A DNA stretch of 64,000 nt from a virus: the IMG/VR virus record IMGVR_UViG_3300035698_003810, positions 1-64,000 of that record; one strand, written 5' to 3'. Each line of letters starts with the position of its first letter. Position 1 is the stretch's first letter. The position numbers were made by a program, and so were the translations under genes. The notes under the pieces are model-generated. The model ran no database searches and was not told the origin of the DNA. It saw only the letters and a program-made list of their open reading frames with translations. Positions 57,529-64,000 of this stretch are shown piece after piece.

Positions 57529-58177
57529 TATTGACGAAATTTATAAAAAACTCGATATTCCTAAATATGATAAACCACTATTAGAATATAATAATGGTAA
57601 TTGGAAATGGGAGAATAAAGATTTCTCAAGAGTACCAACTTTAATTGAATTTAGAAAAATGGTTGATGAATTAAAATTATCATCTGAAAAAATGTTAGTT
57701 ATAAATGGTACAGGAGACCCCGAATTAGAATTCATTCCAACTAAAGAAGTTAAACATGGTGTTTATATTCATGAACCGGAATTGTATGATTTGCATACAA
57801 TGGATTTGGATGAAAAGGATTATGATTTTTTAATGTGTAATCAAACATTAGAACATGTTTATAATCCTTTTGTTGCATTAAAAACTATGAATAAACATTT
57901 GAGGATGGGTGGCTATTGCTACATTACAGTTCCTTGTAATAATATTCCTCATGATACACCGATGCATTTTTATACAGGATTTACAGCCGTTGGATTAGGA
58001 ACCTTTTTTGTTGAAGGAGGATTTGAAATTATTAAGTTAGGACAATGGGGAAATTATAAGGCAGTTGAAACTATGTTTACAGATGATTGGGCAGACTATA
58101 GAAAATCAAGTTGGAATAATGAAGAGAAATGTCCCATAACAAGTTGGTGTTTAGGAAGAAAAATTGAGGAGGTATAA
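57512..58177 (+). CDS. class I SAM-dependent methyltransferase
   Basis: YDF...NQTLEHVYNP, L..GG....TVP, H..P..F. Confidence 0.85.
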   Translation: MLNKNSIDEIYKKLDIPKYDKPLLEYNNGNWKWENKDFSRVPTLIEFRKMVDELKLSSEKMLVINGTGDPELEFIPTKEVKHGVYIHEPELYDLHTMDLDEKDYDFLMCNQTLEHVYNPFVALKTMNKHLRMGGYCYITVPCNNIPHDTPMHFYTGFTAVGLGTFFVEGGFEIIKLGQWGNYKAVETMFTDDWADYRKSSWNNEEKCPITSWCLGRKIEEV

Positions 58178-58998
58178 TGGATTACAGGTGGTCAACATTT
58201 AGTCAAGATGATTTTATTGACGGTGATGGATTTGAAAATATTGCAAAGGAATTAGGAATTACATATTGTGAAGGTAGAGATATTAATGCTATAGATAACG
58301 AATATGTTTTATATCATAATGGTGATGCTTGTGTCTTACCTGTTGGTGTTGATAGAAGACCACTTGGTGAGCATCGAGGATATGATTTATTTTGGGAAAA
58401 TATACCGGATAAATTAAAATTATTCTTTTCACAAAATGTTGATGTTGACGATGACCGTATTGTGTGTTTACCTATCGGACTTGAAAGAAGCAGGTGGAAA
58501 CAAATGTTTCGTGTTGATAAACATGAACGATTACTTAATATGATGACACAAGATGTTGAAAAAAGTGGATTAGTTTATTTAAATGTCAACCCAACTACAA
58601 ATCGTATATCAAGACCTAAATTAATTGAAATAATGAAAGATAAACCTTGGTGTACAAACGAACTTCGCCCGAATGGGTTTGAATATGATAACTATCTACA
58701 TCAAATGAAATCACATAAATTTGTTTTCTGTCCAGATGGTAATGGAATAGATTGTCATAGAACATGGGAAGCACTTTATGTTGGTTCATATCCTATTGTA
58801 GAACGTCACGTGTATGCAGAAAAATTTGCAAAGTATCTTCCAATATTGGTAGTTGATAATTGGGACGATGTTACTGAAGAACTTCTTAATAAAACATATG
58901 GGGAGTTTTATAATACTTGGTGGGATTGGAATATGTTATCGATGTCTTATTGGAAAAAGTTTATTACAGAAAAGGTGGAAGGTAATGATACGAACTAA
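58177..58998 (+). CDS. exostosin/GT47-like glycosyltransferase, paralog B
   Basis: HKFVFCP.GNGIDCHRTWEALY.G; aligns along its length with 56704-57528. Confidence 0.87.
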   Translation: MDYRWSTFSQDDFIDGDGFENIAKELGITYCEGRDINAIDNEYVLYHNGDACVLPVGVDRRPLGEHRGYDLFWENIPDKLKLFFSQNVDVDDDRIVCLPIGLERSRWKQMFRVDKHERLLNMMTQDVEKSGLVYLNVNPTTNRISRPKLIEIMKDKPWCTNELRPNGFEYDNYLHQMKSHKFVFCPDGNGIDCHRTWEALYVGSYPIVERHVYAEKFAKYLPILVVDNWDDVTEELLNKTYGEFYNTWWDWNMLSMSYWKKFITEKVEGNDTN

Positions 58999-59692
58999 TT
59001 ATATTGGTAGAGTTGGAAACAATATGTTTCAGTATGTATTCAATAGAATGCTTGCTGAACGATGTAATCTTTACTTTGAAGAAACTATAACACATCCATA
59101 TTGGAAAGATTGTTCATCTAAAAATTTTCCTATTGAAGTTATTCCGTATAATAATGATGGAAAAGTTAAATTGAAACATGAAGATATGGTACAGACTGCC
59201 GGATATTATCAAGACCCCCGAATATATGATGCAAATACAAAACTAATACGGTCGTTTTTTAAATATGATATAAATAAAAGAAATCACCAATCAGTAACAG
59301 CGCACATTAGATTAAAAGATTATTATGAATTTGGTAAAGAGGGTGTTGTGATACACCCGGAGTGGTACACTAAGATTTTTAAAATGTTGGGTTGTGATGC
59401 TGACTATGTAACATTGTATATTGTTTCCGATAATATCAATGATGCATATATGGATAATTTTAAAGAGTTTAATCCTAAATTTATATCTGGAACACCAAAA
59501 GAAGATTTTCAATTTATTATGAATTCAGATATAACTGTTGTTGGGAATAGTTCTTTTTCTTGGTGGGCATCATGGCTTAGTGATGCATCACAGATATATA
59601 CATTCAAGCCTTGGATATATAGAGATGATAATAGAGAATATAATCTGTCTCGTATGGATAGGGCAATAAGAGTCGATGGAAAATTTTTATAA
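58985..59692 (+). CDS. GT11 alpha-1,2-fucosyltransferase-like
   Basis: GR.GN.MFQY, GYYQ, HIRL.DY, SD, NSSFSWWA.WL. Confidence 0.9.
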   Translation: MIRTNYIGRVGNNMFQYVFNRMLAERCNLYFEETITHPYWKDCSSKNFPIEVIPYNNDGKVKLKHEDMVQTAGYYQDPRIYDANTKLIRSFFKYDINKRNHQSVTAHIRLKDYYEFGKEGVVIHPEWYTKIFKMLGCDADYVTLYIVSDNINDAYMDNFKEFNPKFISGTPKEDFQFIMNSDITVVGNSSFSWWASWLSDASQIYTFKPWIYRDDNREYNLSRMDRAIRVDGKFL

Positions 59693-60275
59693 AGGAGTTA
59701 ATGTTGTGAGAGAACAAGTTGAGGTAAATTTTAATAGAAGTCATCAGTTAGGACAAATGGGTGCCGATGAACGTGAGGCAATGTATAATCTTGTTATGGG
59801 GGTTAATCCAAAACATATATTTGAAATTGGTACATGGATGGGTGGTGGTAGTACATACATACTTGCATCAGCACTTTACAATTTGGATTGTGGTGGTAAA
59901 TTACATACGGTTGAATCACATAAAGGTGCATTTAATCACGCAATACGTTTTTATGGTACATATGCCGATTTAATGCCGTTGGAACCATATGTTGATTTTA
60001 ATTTAGGAAGTAGTACTGACATTTATGGTAAGATGTTAAAGGATTATGAATCAATTGAGATGGTTCTTTTTGATGGTGCTGATGATGACCAGAGTACATT
60101 AGATGAATGGAATTTATTTAAAGATAAATTTAAAACTGGTACTATTGTTTTATGTCATGATTGGAAGACTAAAAAGGCTGATTTCATCAAGGATTTTTTA
60201 TTAAATGAAGATGAATGGCAAAATATATTCATTATGGATACACAAACTGGTTTTGCTGCATTTAAAAAGAAATAA
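59676..60275 (+). CDS. class I SAM-dependent methyltransferase (Methyltransf_24-like)
   Basis: FEIGT..GGGST, V.FDG, G....CHD. Confidence 0.88.
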   Translation: MENFYKGVNVVREQVEVNFNRSHQLGQMGADEREAMYNLVMGVNPKHIFEIGTWMGGGSTYILASALYNLDCGGKLHTVESHKGAFNHAIRFYGTYADLMPLEPYVDFNLGSSTDIYGKMLKDYESIEMVLFDGADDDQSTLDEWNLFKDKFKTGTIVLCHDWKTKKADFIKDFLLNEDEWQNIFIMDTQTGFAAFKKK

Positions 60276-60355
60276 CAGATTGATAGAAAATACATAAATA
60301 CTATTATATGTCAATTATGTAGTATTTAAATATTTCATCAGGGGGAGGATTTGTA

Positions 60356-60739
60356 ATGGACGCAACGATGATTTTTATTATTTGCACTATTATTACAGTG
60401 GTAGTATCTATTGTGGTGAGAGTAGTGTGGGATTGGGCTGGTAATAAAAATGGGAAGAAAGAAATTGACCAACTTAAAAAAGATGTGCATGATAAAATTA
60501 CAGAAAAATTTTCTATGGTGGAAAAAGTAAATGTTAATATTGAAAAACAACGAGAAGAATTTTCAGAATTAAAAGGTCTGATATTAACTTCTTATGTTAA
60601 AAAAGAGGAATTTGAAAAACACTTAGCACGATTTGAAACTGTCAGGGATAAGACACTTAGTAATGACAATACGATAACTATGATTAATGAGACCGTTCGC
60701 CAAAATGTGCAGAGAATGACACAGTTAGAAAACAGTTAA
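60356..60739 (+). CDS. N-terminal TM plus coiled-coil protein (holin-like topology)
   Basis: Hydrophobic residues ~5-24, then charged heptads; GGAGG RBS. Confidence 0.6.
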   Translation: MDATMIFIICTIITVVVSIVVRVVWDWAGNKNGKKEIDQLKKDVHDKITEKFSMVEKVNVNIEKQREEFSELKGLILTSYVKKEEFEKHLARFETVRDKTLSNDNTITMINETVRQNVQRMTQLENS

Positions 60740-60752
60740 TCGGAGATGTAAA

Positions 60753-61154
60753 ATGAAAGTTCTTATTGTAGAGGATAGTTTAGGGTTAGTTAATGTTTAC
60801 GAACATTTAATCGAAAATATTATTAATAAAATCACACCCGAAGAAGATTTACAAATTATATCAATAGTAAATTATAATGAATTTATTTATTTTAAAAATG
60901 TAGATTTTGATTTAGTTATACTGGATTGGAATATTATTGGTGGCACGTCAAGACAAATAATTGAAGAGGGATACACCAACATGAAGTGTGTTATTTTCAT
61001 TACTGGGTATGCAAACAATAAACAAGTTCAAATGATGTCAGAGAAATTTTCTATTCCAATTATATCAAAACCAACCACAGAATTTGAGATTTCATCAATG
61101 TTAGAAAAGGCAGTGGTGTCAATTCATTCTAATTTACCATATGCTATTGCATAA
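60753..61154 (+). CDS. single-domain response regulator receiver (CheY-like)
   Basis: KVLIVED, DLVILD (phosphoacceptor), IFITG, SKP. Confidence 0.88.
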   Translation: MKVLIVEDSLGLVNVYEHLIENIINKITPEEDLQIISIVNYNEFIYFKNVDFDLVILDWNIIGGTSRQIIEEGYTNMKCVIFITGYANNKQVQMMSEKFSIPIISKPTTEFEISSMLEKAVVSIHSNLPYAIA

Positions 61155-61171
61155 ATTTAAGAGGTAATAAT

Positions 61172-62077
61172 ATGGGTTTTTTAAATGAGTATTATGGTGA
61201 CACGTGGAGAGATAAAATAGTAACTCACAGAACACCAACTGGTAGAACGTCAAGGGTGAAAGTTAGAAGTCTTCCTCCAGATGAACAGCTTAAGTATAAT
61301 CCAAATAGATTTAAAAGAACTAAATCTGATACCAAAATGACAAAAGATGATTATGATAAAATTAAATCTTCTGATGATAAAATCAGAACGGTGGATTTTT
61401 ATATGGCATCACGGGATTTAGATGTTGTTGAAGATGTTAGAAATAATATTAAAGAAGGTAAATTGATAATGGCAACAACAGATAGTAAAAATGTTATTGA
61501 TTTATTCAATGATGATTTGGATGTTGTTAAGATGTTAAATGTTCCAGTAACGGCAATCAAAAAATATCTGGATGTTGATATTGAAGATGTTGAATCTATA
61601 AGTGATTTGGAATTTAAAGATGCTGGAACTGAGGATGAAGAAAAGTTATATGAACTTAGTACGTTTTCAGATGCAACAATATTCCTTATTGACTTATATC
61701 CATATGTAAAGGATATCGAAATCAAATTAGATAAACATGATGACGAAGAAGATAACTTTGATGAATTGAAAGCTGAAGGTAACGGTATGTTCAAAGGATT
61801 TTATATGAATGAAGATGCCGGAAGACTCATAACAGAGATGCCTCATCTTGTAATTGGTGATAACACATATGATTTTTATATGGAAAAAGATGGTTGGGTT
61901 GATAGATTAGTAAATATAATTAAAACCGGAAATCATAGTATTCATGATATATTAGAACCATTTTACGGTATTTATAAGGGATTTTTCCTAAAGAGATTTG
62001 AAAATTTGGAATCATGGGAACAAGATAAGTTGAAAAAGTACACACCACTCGAATTCAGATTAATCATGGGGATATAA
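61172..62077 (+). CDS. hypothetical protein
   Basis: GAGG RBS; 301 aa; no recognised domain. Confidence 0.7.
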   Translation: MGFLNEYYGDTWRDKIVTHRTPTGRTSRVKVRSLPPDEQLKYNPNRFKRTKSDTKMTKDDYDKIKSSDDKIRTVDFYMASRDLDVVEDVRNNIKEGKLIMATTDSKNVIDLFNDDLDVVKMLNVPVTAIKKYLDVDIEDVESISDLEFKDAGTEDEEKLYELSTFSDATIFLIDLYPYVKDIEIKLDKHDDEEDNFDELKAEGNGMFKGFYMNEDAGRLITEMPHLVIGDNTYDFYMEKDGWVDRLVNIIKTGNHSIHDILEPFYGIYKGFFLKRFENLESWEQDKLKKYTPLEFRLIMGI

Positions 62078-63082
62078 ATGAACTCATTTACAACACATTA
62101 TTTTAATGAAGACTTGATAAGTGAGATGCTTATCAAAGGAAAAAGAAAAGAAGATGGTCAACAAGAGATTATGGCATTCAATAAATGGATTTATTTTCTT
62201 GATGATGAACACCCACAATGGGAAGAAATGAAAAAAGAGATTGTTGATGCTTTAGAATTGGAAGAATATGATTATGAAGATGAAGATGCATATGAATTCA
62301 AAGCAAATATTAGTGAACGTGTGCCAGATATTTTAATAGGTAACATAGATGGTAATGATTTAAATATTGAAACACGTGGTTCATTTAAACTTGACCCACA
62401 ATCTTCTATTCTTGTAAAGAAAGTTGTTAATCAATTAGGAATTGACAACGTAGAATATATGTCGGGTGACGGTGAGTCTGAAAATGTTTCCAAATGGGAT
62501 GTTAAAGGTGAGATTCCAGATGTTGCATATCATGGAACAACAACTGAATATTTTGATGAAATAGTAAAACTTGGTATACGTCCGGGAAGTAAAGAATCTA
62601 ATTGGATTAAACAACGTATTAGTCATCCAGATAAAGTATTCTTTGCAACTAATTTTGATGAAGCAATGAACCATGCTATTATGACTGCAAATAAACAGGG
62701 TGGGTATCCACTGGTTATTGAGTTTAAGATTCCTAATAAAGATGCAATTATTCCTGATTATGATGTTGAAGTTCAAACTGGAGAGAAGGGTGATGATGTA
62801 TTGATTAATTTATATTATGATTACATTAATAAAAGATATGATGATGGTGTTAAAACTCATAAGAACAAACCAATGTCTGTAAGTAAAGAGTTTGGTGTAT
62901 ATGGATACATGGGTAACATAATGCCTAAGAATATACAATCAGTTTGGGTTGCAATGGAAGAACCATCAGAAGTATATAACAAAAGTCAATTTACAGAATA
63001 CGATGGCTCTGACATAGATGAACTAAAACGAGAATTAAATCCAGAAGACTATTGGGAAGATGAAGATGAAGATGAAGAATAA
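62078..63082 (+). CDS. ADP-ribosyltransferase/Tpt1-fold protein
   Basis: YHGT...I...GI.P, VFFAT...A...A, V.E..IP, Y.G.I.P..I. Confidence 0.65.
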   Translation: MNSFTTHYFNEDLISEMLIKGKRKEDGQQEIMAFNKWIYFLDDEHPQWEEMKKEIVDALELEEYDYEDEDAYEFKANISERVPDILIGNIDGNDLNIETRGSFKLDPQSSILVKKVVNQLGIDNVEYMSGDGESENVSKWDVKGEIPDVAYHGTTTEYFDEIVKLGIRPGSKESNWIKQRISHPDKVFFATNFDEAMNHAIMTANKQGGYPLVIEFKIPNKDAIIPDYDVEVQTGEKGDDVLINLYYDYINKRYDDGVKTHKNKPMSVSKEFGVYGYMGNIMPKNIQSVWVAMEEPSEVYNKSQFTEYDGSDIDELKRELNPEDYWEDEDEDEE

Positions 63083-63146
63083 TGAGATTTTTTATACAAT
63101 TTGTGACTTAAATTTTAATAATAGTGTCTATAGTTAGGAGTGTATA

Positions 63147-63848
63147 ATGTCAATTTTCAATGTGCTTAATTTATTATTAGAAACATCAGAAATTAAAGGT
63201 TATGATTTAAAAAAATATTATGATGATTTTAATAAAAAATATTTTGATGATGAATTACCAGAGATTCCCCTTGTATATGTTAATAGTAGAAAATCTGGTG
63301 GTTGGGTTGATGCCACTATAAATAGAAAGACAGATGAAATAACAATAAAAAGATTAGCAATATCAAAATATTTTAAACGTGATGAAGATAATTTCATTCA
63401 AATAATGCTTCACGAAATGATACATGTGTATTTATTTCATAAACATATAGTTGAACGAGAACAGCATGGGGTTGAGTTTAAAAGAAAATCCCGTGACATT
63501 GAAAAACGCAGTGGAGTGAAAATACCAGAAAGTGATAGTATTGCGTCTGTTGTATCCGATGATGTCAAGTCAAAAGAATTCGATGTTATTTTTATTGACA
63601 CTAAAAAATTAGAAAATAAATATAGTATTGGTGTATTTAAATCTGGATTTTTTGATAAGTTATTTAAATCAGGTGAACATAGTCTTGAAAGATTAAAACG
63701 TAGATATGAATATCCAATTTTTATACTAAAATCTGATGACAGAGTATTATTAAAATACCCAACTCAACGAAGTAAAAATAAAATTTCTTTTTATCATATG
63801 AATAATGAAGATGCTGAAAGAATAATTGATAATTATAAAAATAGTTAA
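63147..63848 (+). CDS. SprT-like zinc metalloprotease
   Basis: FN..YF...LP, LHEMIH, HG..F. Confidence 0.88.
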   Translation: MSIFNVLNLLLETSEIKGYDLKKYYDDFNKKYFDDELPEIPLVYVNSRKSGGWVDATINRKTDEITIKRLAISKYFKRDEDNFIQIMLHEMIHVYLFHKHIVEREQHGVEFKRKSRDIEKRSGVKIPESDSIASVVSDDVKSKEFDVIFIDTKKLENKYSIGVFKSGFFDKLFKSGEHSLERLKRRYEYPIFILKSDDRVLLKYPTQRSKNKISFYHMNNEDAERIIDNYKNS

Positions 63849-63921
63849 TGTATCAAAAATGATACATTAACGGTCAAAAAGGTGTGTAATGTATTAAAAA
63901 TGATACATTACACACCTTTTT
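63844..63921. repeat. two tandem palindromes (operator-like; second may also act as terminator)
   Basis: 12-bp inverted repeat 63844-63871 and 21-bp inverted repeat 63876-63921, both with core TAATGTAT(C/T)A-AAAA-TGATACATTA. Confidence 0.9.
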
Positions 63922-63931
63922 TATTTTTATC

Positions 63932-63960
63932 TTGACATCCCAAATGGCATGATATATTAT
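63932..63960 (+). promoter_or_regulatory. sigma70-type (early) promoter
   Basis: TTGACA-N17-TATTAT, then AAGGAG and ATG 63991 at the window edge. Confidence 0.75.
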
Positions 63961-64000
63961 TTGTGTATCAAAAAACAAAGGAGTTACATAATGAAATTGA

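Noticed and set aside
49164-60275. GT cluster as T4-type DNA glucosylation system
   Set aside because: No alpha/beta-glucosyltransferase-like or hydroxymethylase gene here, and the families resemble glycan builders; not fully excluded without the rest of the genome
63844-63921. Palindromic repeats as a CRISPR array
   Set aside because: Only two copies, a gap too short for a spacer, and no cas genes
1-64000. Stop-codon reassignment
   Set aside because: Core genes are full length in the standard code and coding density is high; TAA, TAG and TGA all serve as stops

Overview
AT-rich (roughly 30% GC by eye) segment of a large, divergent T4-like myovirus; all credible genes are on the + strand. 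It holds most of the morphogenesis module: portal gp20, protease gp21, scaffold gp22, capsid gp23, neck gp13, gp15, terminase gp16/gp17, sheath gp18, tube gp19, baseplate gp26/48/53/27/5/25/6/7-like genes, and beta-helix, YadA-like and Ig/PKD fibre proteins. Many intergenic T4 late promoters (TATAAATA) are present. After these come regA, acidic internal-head-like proteins, an 11-kb glycosyltransferase/methyltransferase/B12-radical-SAM cluster, a CheY-like receiver, an ART-fold protein and a SprT protease. Main hypothesis: a phage-encoded virion glycosylation system. Outer virion proteins are strongly enriched in a short x-Ser-Ala/x-Ser-Gly motif (about 60 SA in the 1432-aa protein), which is nearly absent from non-surface proteins, and they sit beside the glycan-building cluster. 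Other leads: a frameshifted, catalytically dead stand-alone Hint domain before terL; a structured RNA over a mini-ORF between the sheath and tube genes; a likely programmed +1 frameshift before the tape-measure-like gene; three tandem paralogous fibre-associated proteins; tandem palindromes at an early promoter; and GATC/CCWGG/GGWCC avoidance. All assignments come from motif recognition and synteny; no searches were run and counts are manual.
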